From positions 2,823-66,822 of the IMG/VR virus record IMGVR_UViG_3300025096_000010: a DNA stretch of 64,000 nt; one strand, given 5' to 3'. The notes under the pieces were generated by a model that was given only the letters and a program-made list of their open reading frames with translations, was not told the DNA's origin and did not search any database. This document shows positions 1-9,921 of this stretch, piece by piece. Origin of the DNA: a virus. The stretch's first letter is position 1. Each line of letters starts with the position of its first letter. A program made the position numbers and the translations under genes.

Positions 1-95
1 CGTCTTTCTTGGACGGCAAAGACCAATTGAATCACGAGCAGATTATGGAGGTGCTCTCTGGAGAAGCGTGGACCGCCCCCAATGATCCCGAATAG
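1..95 (+). CDS. 3' end of a small tail-associated hypothetical protein (partial)
   Basis: Frame 3 reads SFLDGKDQLNHEQIMEVLSGEAWTAPNDPE* with TAG at 93-95, abutting the next ATG. Confidence 0.5.
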   Translation, partial: SFLDGKDQLNHEQIMEVLSGEAWTAPNDPE

Positions 96-97
96 AT

Positions 98-469
98 ATG
101 GCTAATACGCTCTCAGAGACTCACCGATTCTTCCGCGTGGACCCCGCAGCCTACACGGCGCTGACGGACTATGTGGACAGTTCGCGTGGATACCCGAACG
201 AGACTACTGAGCGCGGCCTGCCGCTATTTGAATGGCTGGTCAAGGAAGAGGACGGCTGGGGACTGATCCCGATTGATAAGTGGAGGTTTACCGATGACGA
301 CGAAGTTGTAGTCGCAGACGCCATTGATGCTGGAACGGTTGAGGAGATCGGCGTGGATACCTACGTGGCCAAACGTGAGGCCATCCTGAACCCGCCCCCA
401 CCGGAACCGGAACCGGAGCCAGAAGATGTGGTTCTCGATTTTCTTGATTTCATAATTGAGCCTGATTGA
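98..469 (+). CDS. hypothetical protein, tail module
   Basis: 123-aa ORF, tightly packed with neighbours, acidic with a PEPE tail. Confidence 0.6.
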   Translation: MANTLSETHRFFRVDPAAYTALTDYVDSSRGYPNETTERGLPLFEWLVKEEDGWGLIPIDKWRFTDDDEVVVADAIDAGTVEEIGVDTYVAKREAILNPPPPEPEPEPEDVVLDFLDFIIEPD

Positions 470-1404
470 TGTTCGCCTGTGAGATACTACCCACCGCCGA
501 GAAGGTAACCGACTGGTGCGACTACATTGAGAGAGCACAGGATCGGTTGGGTAAGTCGGGCTCTGGTCAGCGCAGTGGGACCATTGTCCTTACGGATCGC
601 TACCCGCTGAAGCGGGAGCTTGTCCTCGACAGCCACGTTACTATTGAGGGGAGCGTCCGCGCAAAGCACCACTCTGGGTCGAGCCACGGGTTCTACGTGA
701 CCGACGACTTTGAAGGAGACACCGTGCTCTCATGGCGGAAGCCCAAAAAGAATTCCAATTATTCCAACTTCGGCGCAGGGATCTACCAGATCCACGTAGA
801 ATCAAAAGACGGCGTCAATGGGGTTTCGTTCAGGGGCGCACAGCAAAGCTGCCGTGTGGACAATCTGGTTGTGCGTAATTTCGGGGCCGCGACGGGCCTC
901 ACCCTGCACGGTGACACCTACACGGTGCGCGATTGTTTCGTTGATGCCGTCAAAGGCGGCGGTAGGTCGGCCACAGTGGACGGGGCAACCGCGTTCAAGC
1001 TCCCCGAACGAGCCTACAGCCTCGCGTTGAACAATATTACCAGTCATAATTGTGAAGTCGGACTTGAGGCTGCTGATCTGCACCAAGTCGCGATCACCAA
1101 TTTTGAAACCGAAACCACCCGCCAACCGCTCCTTTTCACGTATAATGTAATTGGAGTTAACATTTCCAATTGCACCTTCCGCCACACAGACGAGATCCTG
1201 AATATCACCAAGGCGCGGTTCCCGAAAGACTACCTGATCAAGCTCGATGGGATGTCAGCCGACGGCAGTGGTTCGGCAATCCGATACCCAGACGACCTAG
1301 TGTGGACGAGCCCCAACAAAGTCTTTGATCTCGTTATTGAAGGCAACAGCGACGGCTTATTTATAATCGACCTAAAGAAACAAAGAAGACAGTTGATCCC
1401 TTAA
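466..1404 (+). CDS. right-handed beta-helix (pectate-lyase-like) protein, possible tailspike/depolymerase domain
   Basis: Beta-helix-type repeats (VTIEG, VDNLVVRN, LNNITSHN, ISNCTF). Confidence 0.6.
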   Translation: MMFACEILPTAEKVTDWCDYIERAQDRLGKSGSGQRSGTIVLTDRYPLKRELVLDSHVTIEGSVRAKHHSGSSHGFYVTDDFEGDTVLSWRKPKKNSNYSNFGAGIYQIHVESKDGVNGVSFRGAQQSCRVDNLVVRNFGAATGLTLHGDTYTVRDCFVDAVKGGGRSATVDGATAFKLPERAYSLALNNITSHNCEVGLEAADLHQVAITNFETETTRQPLLFTYNVIGVNISNCTFRHTDEILNITKARFPKDYLIKLDGMSADGSGSAIRYPDDLVWTSPNKVFDLVIEGNSDGLFIIDLKKQRRQLIP

Positions 1405-1416
1405 CTACTGTGCCCC

Positions 1417-4400
1417 ATGCCCATCAGACGCGCATCAACGGTCTCTGGCCAACCTTCGCCAGACCGCCAGAGTGTCCTCTCGTTCGTTTCACCGAACGTC
1501 GCGGACCTGTTGTTCTACGAAACGGTTGATGCCAAGACCGTTGGGGCTGGGTCGGGGAAGACTATAACTGGTGCTACGTGGGCGTCTACTTCCATCAGTG
1601 TCGTGGCTGGTATCCACGAAGCGGGTTACACTGTTACTGTCACATCCGTAGCGCATGGGTTTGTTACGGGCGACGTTGTTACCATAGAAGGTCTTGGCGA
1701 CCGCGAAGACGACTCCGCGTATTCTAGACCAACCGGCACCCATAAGATAGCATATGTAGACGCGGACACGTTTACATATTTCGTCAGCGCACAGCCTGAT
1801 ACCGCATCCCCTCTGGATGTCACCAACAATCCCTATTGTTACAAGGCGCATCCAAGTTACGGGACGGCCCATCCCGACACTGAGAATTTTCCCAAGCACA
1901 AGCTGTGTCACGTTAAGCAGGCCGATACCGAGGGTTTATTCTTTGAATACTACTATGCCGCGGAACGCCACCACCAAGATAACTACAACTTTGAGTTCAG
2001 CCAAGCCGACCTAGGGGGCAATCAATACGATACCGTCGTTCGGACGTATGTTAACCTGCGATCTGATTTTTCTGATACTGATGGTGAGTATCAAGCGGGG
2101 GATGCCATGCCAGCTATTCCGGCTTATGTTTTTGGGGACACCTACATCCTGATGACGCGCCAGCAGAAGCGCATTGGGGACGCCGAACTCGATAGTCTTT
2201 TTGTTATCGAGCAACGTGTTTACTTTAAAGACGAAGACAAGATTTCGTTTACCACCCACCCTGAGTTCAAGGACGAACTTTCAACAACTGAAACCCTTGC
2301 TCATGTGGGAAAGACGGGCATTGTTACCAATGCCGGAACTGTCACATGGTCTACCGCCGCCGCAGTTGCCATAGCGAATTGGGGTGTTGCAGAAGATGGT
2401 TCGTATGATTATGCGGTTGAGAAGTTGTCGAATGACTGGTGGAAAGTTGTCAAGCAACAGCTTGTAGGACAGAACAGACTCGCCGCCCCCACAGGTAATC
2501 TGCTCGCCCGTAGGCCCTACGCGATGGCGAAGGAGGAAATTCACACCCATGTGACTCCTGTCGTTGGCGATGTCCTTTTTTATGTAACCAAGGATAGACC
2601 CGCTGACGATGGCGATGGCAAACCGGATCATCCTGTTTATGGATCAATCTATGACATTGAGCCATTTGAATCCCACAAGCTATGCTACATAAAACAGGCT
2701 GACCCAGAGGGGCAGTATTTCCAATACTACTACGCAGCCGACCGCGCCGATCAGGACACTTACAATTTCGAGTTCAGCCAAGCCGACTTAGGGGGGAACC
2801 AATACGATACGGTCGTCAGGACATACGTTATCCTGCGATCTGCTTTTGACGACACCGATTCCTCGCTTGAAGCAGGTGACGCTATGCCAGATGCGACTGG
2901 TCTGTTCAACGATGACTACATTTTAATGACTCGCCAGCAGAAGCGTATTGGCGAGCAGGAACTGGACAGTCTGTATGTCGTCGAGCAACGTGTATACTTT
3001 AAGGATGAGGATACGGTTTCGTTTACCACCCACCCTGAGTTCAAGGAGGAACTCAAGACGACTGAAATTCTAGCCCATGTAGGTAAAACGGACGTTCCCG
3101 TAAAGAATGGAACCGTTACATGGGGTGCGGACCAAGCTGTTGCCGCCACAAACTGGGGTATTAACATTACCAATACGTATGAGTATGCGGTCCAGCAGTT
3201 ATCCAACGACTGGTGGAAAATTGTTAAGCAGCAGATTGTAGGTTCTAATAGACTGCCATCCGCCGGGGCGGCGTCCAAAATGCTGGACCGAAGGCCCTAT
3301 GCCATAGCTAAAGAGGAGGAGCATTCTCATGTGACTCCTGTTGTTGGGGACGTTCTTTTTTATGTAACGGTTGATCGACCCCCGAATGCCTCGGGCGGAA
3401 CTCCCGACCACCCTGCTTATGGCACCGCTTATGGCACTGCGCCGTTTGCCGACCATAAACTATGTTTCGTAAAACAAGTCGATCCAGAGGGGCAGTTCTT
3501 CCAATACTATTATGCTGCCGACCGCCTCAATCAGGATGACTACAATTTTGAATTCAGTCAGGCCGACTTAGGTGGGAACCAATATGATACGGTAATACGC
3601 ACGTACGTTAATCTACGAGCTGATTTTACGGATACCGATGGTGACCATGTAGCGGGGGACATTATGGATGACCCAACGAGTCAGTTCGACGACATCTATA
3701 TTTTAATGACCCGCCAGCAGAAGCGCATTGGGGACTCTGAACTTGATAGTCTTTTTGTTATCGAGCAACGTGTATACTTTAAGGATGAGGACAAGATTTC
3801 ATTTAACACGGACTCTGAGTTTAACGATGAGTTGAAGACTACTGAGATTTTGGCTCATATTGGTAAGACAAACGTCCCGACTAAGTCAGGGGATGTTACT
3901 TGGAGCGCAGCAGAGGTTATCGACCGCACTAACTGGGGCATAAAGGTAGTCGCAGATACGGCTGCTGATGATGGTGCCTACAACTATGAGGTGCAGCGTC
4001 TGTCCAACGACTGGTGGCAAATCATAGAGCAGCAGATCGTAGGCGAGAACCTCATAGATGGGATTAGTTATAATACCAACCGTGCTTATTCGTATCCCGC
4101 CGAATTGATAGGGTTCCGGTTCACCCTTATCTCCAGACGCGATGGCACTCAAGAGAACTCCGTGACCGCGTTGGAGAAAGATGCTTTTTCGGGGCCAATT
4201 CTGATGACAGTGAATCGGCAGTGGTATCCACTTGCCTCGGATGCAAACCCAATTGTTAGTGCTTTCAAGATAGATACGTACAAACCCCGCAGCGGTAGCT
4301 ACTCAGGGGCACTGTACAGTCTTAGTTATTCCAATGTGCTGACCAGACCTTTCACGTTGATCGACACGGTGGGAACAGGGCACCCCACTTATCTGATGGG

Positions 4401-4542
4401 GGCTTACGCCAGTGACTTCTTTGAACAAGGCAGCACACCAGTGGCACAACCCGCATCCGGCTCTATTGTCAATGTAGCCGCTACGTCCCAGCAGTTCAGG
4501 GGCGGGTATCTGGTGGAAACCGTTACGGGGGTAATCCCCTGA
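1417..4542 (+). CDS. virion/tail protein with three internal ~260-aa repeats
   Basis: Block YYYAA..DxYNFEFSQADLGGNQYDTVxRTYV..ILMTRQQKRIG..LSNDWW occurs three times. Confidence 0.7.
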   Translation: MPIRRASTVSGQPSPDRQSVLSFVSPNVADLLFYETVDAKTVGAGSGKTITGATWASTSISVVAGIHEAGYTVTVTSVAHGFVTGDVVTIEGLGDREDDSAYSRPTGTHKIAYVDADTFTYFVSAQPDTASPLDVTNNPYCYKAHPSYGTAHPDTENFPKHKLCHVKQADTEGLFFEYYYAAERHHQDNYNFEFSQADLGGNQYDTVVRTYVNLRSDFSDTDGEYQAGDAMPAIPAYVFGDTYILMTRQQKRIGDAELDSLFVIEQRVYFKDEDKISFTTHPEFKDELSTTETLAHVGKTGIVTNAGTVTWSTAAAVAIANWGVAEDGSYDYAVEKLSNDWWKVVKQQLVGQNRLAAPTGNLLARRPYAMAKEEIHTHVTPVVGDVLFYVTKDRPADDGDGKPDHPVYGSIYDIEPFESHKLCYIKQADPEGQYFQYYYAADRADQDTYNFEFSQADLGGNQYDTVVRTYVILRSAFDDTDSSLEAGDAMPDATGLFNDDYILMTRQQKRIGEQELDSLYVVEQRVYFKDEDTVSFTTHPEFKEELKTTEILAHVGKTDVPVKNGTVTWGADQAVAATNWGINITNTYEYAVQQLSNDWWKIVKQQIVGSNRLPSAGAASKMLDRRPYAIAKEEEHSHVTPVVGDVLFYVTVDRPPNASGGTPDHPAYGTAYGTAPFADHKLCFVKQVDPEGQFFQYYYAADRLNQDDYNFEFSQADLGGNQYDTVIRTYVNLRADFTDTDGDHVAGDIMDDPTSQFDDIYILMTRQQKRIGDSELDSLFVIEQRVYFKDEDKISFNTDSEFNDELKTTEILAHIGKTNVPTKSGDVTWSAAEVIDRTNWGIKVVADTAADDGAYNYEVQRLSNDWWQIIEQQIVGENLIDGISYNTNRAYSYPAELIGFRFTLISRRDGTQENSVTALEKDAFSGPILMTVNRQWYPLASDANPIVSAFKIDTYKPRSGSYSGALYSLSYSNVLTRPFTLIDTVGTGHPTYLMGAYASDFFEQGSTPVAQPASGSIVNVAATSQQFRGGYLVETVTGVIP

Positions 4543-4551
4543 TCCTAGCTA

Positions 4552-5196
4552 ATGCCCGTTGAAATAACACCCGCTGGTCCCGAGAACATACCCGATACCG
4601 GATTTCCTGAGGGCCATGTAAGTGCCGCTAATAACCCCGCGGAACCCCCTTTACAGCACCGCCCGCACGCCTTCGCGCTGATGCATGGTGATGGTGGGGC
4701 CAAGGTCGCCTACGGGCAGTTAGCGTGGCGTATTGATGTTCTTCAACTTAGTTTTGCTACCGCCTCTGGACCAGTTGACGAAGCAGGCCAACTCGCCATA
4801 GCCGCGTTTAATATAAAAATCCCGACTATTGACAGCAGCACTGGAGAACCGATGGACCGGACGGCCCCCAATACTTACAACCAGTTGGATGGGTACGGGG
4901 ATGTATACCTTTATTGGGAGACAAGTCTTAGTGAAGAGGAACTAGAGGATCGTGTGGACGCTTGTTGGGTGCAAGTAGGGGGCTCCTCCCCCGCTGAAGA
5001 CGAATTAGATGCTGTAACTACCGCGGCGGGTGCGTTCGGCAGATTTTATCCAACTACGGGGTCTCCTTCAACGGCGCAATTAGAGGGAACCTACCGTGTT
5101 AAATTGGGGACCGTTAATGAGGACGAGTTAGTCAAACAAGACCACGCATCCGATGTATATTGGTCTACGGTCCTTTTAGAAAGGTATGGCGGTTGA
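4552..5196 (+). CDS. virion structural protein (paralog A)
   Basis: Shares PENIPxTxFPEGHV, AEPPLQHRPH, LDGYGDVYL and EGTYRxKLG with the next gene. Confidence 0.65.
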   Translation: MPVEITPAGPENIPDTGFPEGHVSAANNPAEPPLQHRPHAFALMHGDGGAKVAYGQLAWRIDVLQLSFATASGPVDEAGQLAIAAFNIKIPTIDSSTGEPMDRTAPNTYNQLDGYGDVYLYWETSLSEEELEDRVDACWVQVGGSSPAEDELDAVTTAAGAFGRFYPTTGSPSTAQLEGTYRVKLGTVNEDELVKQDHASDVYWSTVLLERYGG

Positions 5197-5198
5197 TA

Positions 5199-5852
5199 AT
5201 GAAGAGTGACGAATTAGCACCGCCCCACTTCCCCGAGAATATACCCGGCACCCGATTTCCTGAGGGGCACGTGTACGGGGCCAATAAGACCGCGGAACCC
5301 CCTTTACAGCACCGCCCCCACCCATTCGCTTTGAGTTATGGCGAAAATGGGGCCAAGATCGCATACGGTCAATTTACATGGCACGTGAGTGTATTTGATT
5401 TACTGTTTAATAACAGCGACGACGGCCTTGACGACACTCCCTTGGAGAGAGCGGGGCAAGACGCTATTGATGGGGTAAATGTGGTTGTCCCTAGATTAGA
5501 CGATTATACTGGAGATCTGATGGACCGGGATATCCCTAATGTCTACCATGAACTAGATGGGTATGGGGATGTTTATCTTGTCTGGCGTTTGGAATTTGCT
5601 GAAGCGCCCGATATTGTTACTCAATGCTATGTTGAAGTTGGGACGGGCACCACCATTGCTGAGGCCGCTGGTGTAACTGTCGATGCGACTACTTATAACA
5701 GGTTCGATGGGTCGGGGACGTCCTCAGCGGAAGAGGAGGGCACGTATCGGATAAAATTAGGTAATGTGACTGAAGACGCTTTGGTTACACAAGATATTTC
5801 TAGTGATGTGCATTGGTCTTTCTTTTTAATGGAAAGAGAACTAACTGCATAA
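5199..5852 (+). CDS. virion structural protein (paralog B)
   Basis: Start placed at ATG 5199, 2 nt after the paralog A stop; collinear similarity to paralog A. Confidence 0.65.
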   Translation: MKSDELAPPHFPENIPGTRFPEGHVYGANKTAEPPLQHRPHPFALSYGENGAKIAYGQFTWHVSVFDLLFNNSDDGLDDTPLERAGQDAIDGVNVVVPRLDDYTGDLMDRDIPNVYHELDGYGDVYLVWRLEFAEAPDIVTQCYVEVGTGTTIAEAAGVTVDATTYNRFDGSGTSSAEEEGTYRIKLGNVTEDALVTQDISSDVHWSFFLMERELTA

Positions 5853-5854
5853 AA

Positions 5855-6319
5855 ATGAATGGTCGTTTTGAATGTTCTTGTGCGGCCTTCACAAGAGACT
5901 CTTTCGCGGCTTATTGTACAGAACCCGCCTATGTAGGTGTATTCCCACTGCCTATAGATACCTTCATTCGTTTGGCTTCTTCTTTAGAAGAAGAGACTAA
6001 GCCTACGGCGCGGTCGTTGTACGACAGAGGCGTGAGATTTTTTAGGCTCCCCTTTTTCAGGTTGCGGGAGATTTCTTCAGGGGTTTTCAGGGTGTGTAAA
6101 CATGACGGGAGGCACAGAGCCCATGTCTTACGAGACGAGGGGTACGAAACCATGCCCGTTATATTATTCCGTTCTAGCAACGAGTCCGAGAACCAGACTT
6201 GGCCTGAGGTCATACAGGCACAGGAGGATGCAGAGGACCCTGAATTCAGGGTCTCCCTGCCCCACGCCTTGATCCCGCCCAGTGGCCTGATCCTTGACCC
6301 CGGACCCCCCATCTGGTAG
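5855..6319 (+). CDS. ParB/Srx-like domain protein
   Basis: HDGRHR motif followed by GYETMPV, typical of ParB/sulfiredoxin cores; start placed at ATG 5855. Confidence 0.5.
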   Translation: MNGRFECSCAAFTRDSFAAYCTEPAYVGVFPLPIDTFIRLASSLEEETKPTARSLYDRGVRFFRLPFFRLREISSGVFRVCKHDGRHRAHVLRDEGYETMPVILFRSSNESENQTWPEVIQAQEDAEDPEFRVSLPHALIPPSGLILDPGPPIW

Positions 6320-6322
6320 CTT
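6294..6322 (+). promoter_or_regulatory. sigma70-like promoter, probably leaderless
   Basis: TTGACC-N17-TAGCTT with extended TG, 5 nt before ATG 6328. Confidence 0.5.
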
Positions 6323-6327
6323 TAAGC

Positions 6328-7353
6328 ATGGCCACACTGACCGTTCAAGGCGTGGAAGATGCCCTACTGGATGTATGTGGTTCCAGAGGTGCCAATAGCG
6401 CCCAATTTAGAAAAGAACTTAATCTGGCCCTCCCCCGCCTCTATAATATGGGGATGTGGCGTGACCTCGTTTTTGAGGAGGTCATCACTACGGATGCCAG
6501 CACGTTCACCATCCCCGATAATGCCGAGTCAATTATTTCGGCTCTCGTGGACGCTGACGGGAGCAGCACTGATTATTCCTACCCCCGCTCAGTCCGCAGC
6601 CAACACCACGACTACCGACTGGCTGGTCGGGACGACTCGGCGGGAGATCACACCTTGTCCGTGTTCGGGATCGTGGACGACGGCTACTCAGCGACGGTCG
6701 AGGAGCCTGTGAATGGGAAGACCTACAGCTTGCGGCTGAAGCCGATCAACCCATCCACAAACCTCCCCGCTTCTGGGGTTATCTATGTAACTTTTTCAGA
6801 CGGAACAAATACATCCAAGATTGGAACAGATGAGAGTTCCGAAGACGGAGGCAAGTTTACTTGCGACGGGACAACAGGTTTGAACACAGTTCTTGTAACC
6901 GACGACATAACCAGTATTAGTGAAATAAGGGTAGATACCACCGAATTGGCTGCTCCAGTTCAACTGTTGTGGGTCGAGACAAGCTCATCCCCCGAAGTGA
7001 CTCGCGTAGCCGCCAACAACCTCCGACAGGCCAACCAAGTCACCCGCTACCGCCGCTACCGTATCGACAACAGGGATTCCAAGACCATGTCGCTGCGGCT
7101 GCTCCTCAAGCGGAAGTTCAAAACGCTGATCGACAGCACGGACGTTGTCTATCTTTCCAGTTTGAATGCAATCAAACACGCGCTGCTCGGCAACATTGCC
7201 GACGAGAACGCAGACTTGGAGCGGTCCACTTACCACTGGGATGCGTGTCGTGCCGTGCTCGATGAGCAACTCGACGCACACCGCGGAGCCGCTAGGCCCT
7301 CTATTAAATTTGATCCTTCTGGTGTAGGTGCCTACACCCCCAATTTGATGTAA
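6328..7353 (+). CDS. putative head-tail adaptor / tail tubular protein
   Basis: 341 aa with helical N- and C-termini (ELNLALPRLY..W; AIKHALLG..E) like podoviral adaptors; position in tail module. Confidence 0.45.
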   Translation: MATLTVQGVEDALLDVCGSRGANSAQFRKELNLALPRLYNMGMWRDLVFEEVITTDASTFTIPDNAESIISALVDADGSSTDYSYPRSVRSQHHDYRLAGRDDSAGDHTLSVFGIVDDGYSATVEEPVNGKTYSLRLKPINPSTNLPASGVIYVTFSDGTNTSKIGTDESSEDGGKFTCDGTTGLNTVLVTDDITSISEIRVDTTELAAPVQLLWVETSSSPEVTRVAANNLRQANQVTRYRRYRIDNRDSKTMSLRLLLKRKFKTLIDSTDVVYLSSLNAIKHALLGNIADENADLERSTYHWDACRAVLDEQLDAHRGAARPSIKFDPSGVGAYTPNLM

Positions 7354-7367
7354 TACCCCCTACTAAA

Positions 7368-7547
7368 ATGATCCAATACCTTAACGAAAACTCAGAACAG
7401 ATTCTGCAAATCGCGGCCAGCGTAATCGCTGTGGCTTCACTCATTGCGACCATGACCCCGAATGAATCGGATAACATTTGGGTGAATCGCATAAATCGCG
7501 TGGTGTCGTGGCTAGCCCTGAATGTGGGCCGTGCGAAATCTAAGTGA
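7368..7547 (+). CDS. small holin-like membrane protein (59 aa)
   Basis: MIQYLNENSEQILQIAASVIAVASLIATMTPNESDNIWVNRINRVVSWLALNVGRAKSK; hydrophobic segment plus TPxxxD motif; below ORF-track cutoff. Confidence 0.55.
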   Translation: MIQYLNENSEQILQIAASVIAVASLIATMTPNESDNIWVNRINRVVSWLALNVGRAKSK

Positions 7548-7759
7548 AGCTCTTTTTCCAACTGCTGACTGCTGCGCTCCATGCCTACATCGAACACATC
7601 AGGCTCCAAAGAGACAGGCACCTCGACGCTCTTGAAGATCGTCTTGATGCTCTGGCCGCTGGCGGTTCTCCCGCTGACAAGCTGCTCATGGAACGAGTTG
7701 CCCAACGCATCAAGCGCGAACGCGAGCGCCTTATACGATCCCCCGACGATCACGCTTAA
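7544..7759 (+). CDS. putative i-spanin (Rz-like)
   Basis: Hydrophobic N-terminus followed by coiled coil; overlapped out of frame by a lipoprotein ORF. Confidence 0.45.
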   Translation: MKLFFQLLTAALHAYIEHIRLQRDRHLDALEDRLDALAAGGSPADKLLMERVAQRIKRERERLIRSPDDHA

Positions 7760-7868
7760 AGAGGGTAAGGTCTACGAGTTTAAGGAAGGAGCACTGGTTG
7801 GTCGTAAAGGTCACCGCTTCCATTCGGATTACAGTTACCGGAGGGCCGTTATCATCGGGGAGAAGTGA
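7632..7868 (+). CDS. putative o-spanin lipoprotein (Rz1-like)
   Basis: Signal-like KIVLMLWPLAVLPLTSC with lipobox Cys; overlaps the Rz-like gene; TTG start inferred. Confidence 0.45.
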   Translation: MKIVLMLWPLAVLPLTSCSWNELPNASSANASALYDPPTITLKEGKVYEFKEGALVGRKGHRFHSDYSYRRAVIIGEK

Positions 7869-8284
7869 TGCCTGATTCTTTTACAGAAGCGGTTGAGCGC
7901 ATCATCAAAGGTAGGGGGGCTGAATTTGACCCTGAAGGAACTGGTTACGATGAGCTTACTGCGGAAGAGTTAAGGCAGTTAGCCCCGTTGCCCGCTATGT
8001 CAAAACCCACATGGCGCGGCGATGTTGGCGATGAGGTTGTTTACACTGACCCCAAAACAGGTGAAACATCTTTTGAAGCGTGGGTTTGGCACCCGAAAAC
8101 AGAGAGGGAAGAAGAGGGGTGGTATGTACACGGTTCCAGCAGAGACCCTAGAACGGGTCAGTTGCTTAAGGGCCGTAAGCATCGAACTTGGAAGCAGCTA
8201 GAAGAGCGTGAAGCAGAACTGGGCAACATCATCTACAAAGATCCGGGGTCGGGGAGATATTATTCTAGTAAATCCGAAAAATGA
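7865..8284 (+). CDS. hypothetical protein
   Basis: 139-aa ORF overlapping both neighbours by 4 nt. Confidence 0.6.
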   Translation: MMPDSFTEAVERIIKGRGAEFDPEGTGYDELTAEELRQLAPLPAMSKPTWRGDVGDEVVYTDPKTGETSFEAWVWHPKTEREEEGWYVHGSSRDPRTGQLLKGRKHRTWKQLEEREAELGNIIYKDPGSGRYYSSKSEK

Positions 8285-8445
8285 TGAACCCCCGCGTCAT
8301 AGATTCTTTGGTTGGAATGGCAGCACCCACAATGGGTCTGATAACCAGTATGCAGGAACAGTTTGAATATTGGCTTCGCGTCGGTTCACTGCTTGTGGGC
8401 ATCACTGTGGGACTTGTGTCCCTGTATCGTGTTATAAAGAAATGA
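8281..8445 (+). CDS. small holin-like membrane protein (54 aa)
   Basis: MMNPRVIDSLVGMAAPTMGLITSMQEQFEYWLRVGSLLVGITVGLVSLYRVIKK; hydrophobic segments, basic tail, ATGA overlap with the amidase. Confidence 0.55.
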   Translation: MMNPRVIDSLVGMAAPTMGLITSMQEQFEYWLRVGSLLVGITVGLVSLYRVIKK

Positions 8446-9017
8446 AGATTGGATTATGTGTGGGCCACAGCCGCTTGGGGGACCAAGGGGCCTACACGCA
8501 TGGGGAATATGTTGTCAGCGAGTGGGACTTTAACCGCGATCTTGTGCGCCGTATTGGGCATGTACTAAGCAACCAGCACGGGTGGGCCATCGGTGAGGAC
8601 TATGCCATATATGACCATTACCCCGCCCGCAGTTACAGCGGGGCAATAAGCTACATATCCCGAAAGCTGTGGGAAGATGGCGTTACTGCCGCAATCGAAC
8701 TTCACTTTAATTCCGCCACCCCCACTGCGAGGGGCCACGAGTGGTTGTATTGGCCCACAAGCAGAGGAGGCATACAGTTGGCCACGGCGTTACGCGATTC
8801 GATGGAGAGGTCTTACCCCGACATGAAGTCACGGGGCATCAAGGCACGCGGCCCCCGCCAACGCGGTTCTGCTTTTTTGCGGAGGACGCACTGTTATTCC
8901 GTAATCGCAGAGCCTTTCTTCGGTTCCAACGAAAAGGAGTGGCATATGATTAACGATTCCCGCGACAAACTCGCGGCGGTTTACGCACACGCCCTGATCA
9001 ATTTTATCCCCCGATGA
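8442..9017 (+). CDS. N-acetylmuramoyl-L-alanine amidase (Amidase_3) endolysin
   Basis: IGLCVGH..E..AIELHFNS..EPFF zinc-amidase motifs; start at ATG 8442. Confidence 0.85.
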   Translation: MKIGLCVGHSRLGDQGAYTHGEYVVSEWDFNRDLVRRIGHVLSNQHGWAIGEDYAIYDHYPARSYSGAISYISRKLWEDGVTAAIELHFNSATPTARGHEWLYWPTSRGGIQLATALRDSMERSYPDMKSRGIKARGPRQRGSAFLRRTHCYSVIAEPFFGSNEKEWHMINDSRDKLAAVYAHALINFIPR

Positions 9018-9310
9018 ACATCCCGAAGAGCATCACTATGGCGGGGGTCCGCGTGAGGATCAACTTCAGGGATCTTAGTGAGGATGATTGCTATGGGATG
9101 TATTCCCATAAACGAAAACTTATCACGATTGACAAAACCATTACCGGAAAAGACCTGCACGCCACGATCCGTCACGAGATGCTCCACGCGGCTTTAGGTA
9201 TTTCAGGGCTTTCGTTTTGTGAGACCTACGAAGAGGAAGCTATTGTCCGGTGTATGGATGAAATATTTTTTCCTTCTTGGGATCGCTTCGTTCAACGAAC
9301 CAAACCTTAA
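9014..9310 (+). CDS. small zincin-like (HExxH) protein
   Basis: YGMY..ITID..TIRHEMLHA..EE. Confidence 0.65.
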   Translation: MNIPKSITMAGVRVRINFRDLSEDDCYGMYSHKRKLITIDKTITGKDLHATIRHEMLHAALGISGLSFCETYEEEAIVRCMDEIFFPSWDRFVQRTKP

Positions 9311-9313
9311 GAT

Positions 9314-9877
9314 ATGCCCTCCCCAAAGATCGCTTTAACAAGTCCCCATAAGAGGCCCGTTGATATCAATGCGGCGTTCGATGTCTTGTTCGCTTATGAG
9401 GGATTTCGTTCAAAACCGTACAAAGACTCCAAGGGTAAGTGGACTATTGGTGTGGGCCATTTGATTGGGGATGGGTCTGACAAGGCTTATAAAAAGTCCC
9501 CCTTCTATAACAAGACGCTTAGTAAAGACGCGGCGATAAAACTCGCTAAAACGGAACTGTCTGACCGCCTACCGAAGATCGTGTCCCTGATTGGGAATAG
9601 GTTTTTTGATATGCAGCCCAACACCCAGAACCAGCTTATAGCGTCTTTTTACAGGGGTGGTATAACGGGGTCACCCAAGACCCTTAAGTTGATTCGTGAG
9701 GGCAAATTCCAAGAGGCCGGGGATGAGTTCCTCAATCACGATGAATACCGGGATGCTGTTAAATCCGGCAGTGGGGTAGCCGGTCGAATGGACAATGTTT
9801 CGGTTGCCCTTAAATCTGAAGAGAAATCGAAAGATATAACCTTTGAAGAGTCCGTTGAACAACGCCTGATCCAATGA
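9314..9877 (+). CDS. phage lysozyme (GH24-like)
   Basis: EGFRSKPYKDSKGKWTIGVGH catalytic E-8x-D-5x-T pattern. Confidence 0.85.
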   Translation: MPSPKIALTSPHKRPVDINAAFDVLFAYEGFRSKPYKDSKGKWTIGVGHLIGDGSDKAYKKSPFYNKTLSKDAAIKLAKTELSDRLPKIVSLIGNRFFDMQPNTQNQLIASFYRGGITGSPKTLKLIREGKFQEAGDEFLNHDEYRDAVKSGSGVAGRMDNVSVALKSEEKSKDITFEESVEQRLIQ

Positions 9878-9921
9878 ACGAAGAAGATGTCAGCCCCCAT
9901 GTATTAAACCCACGGCAATGA

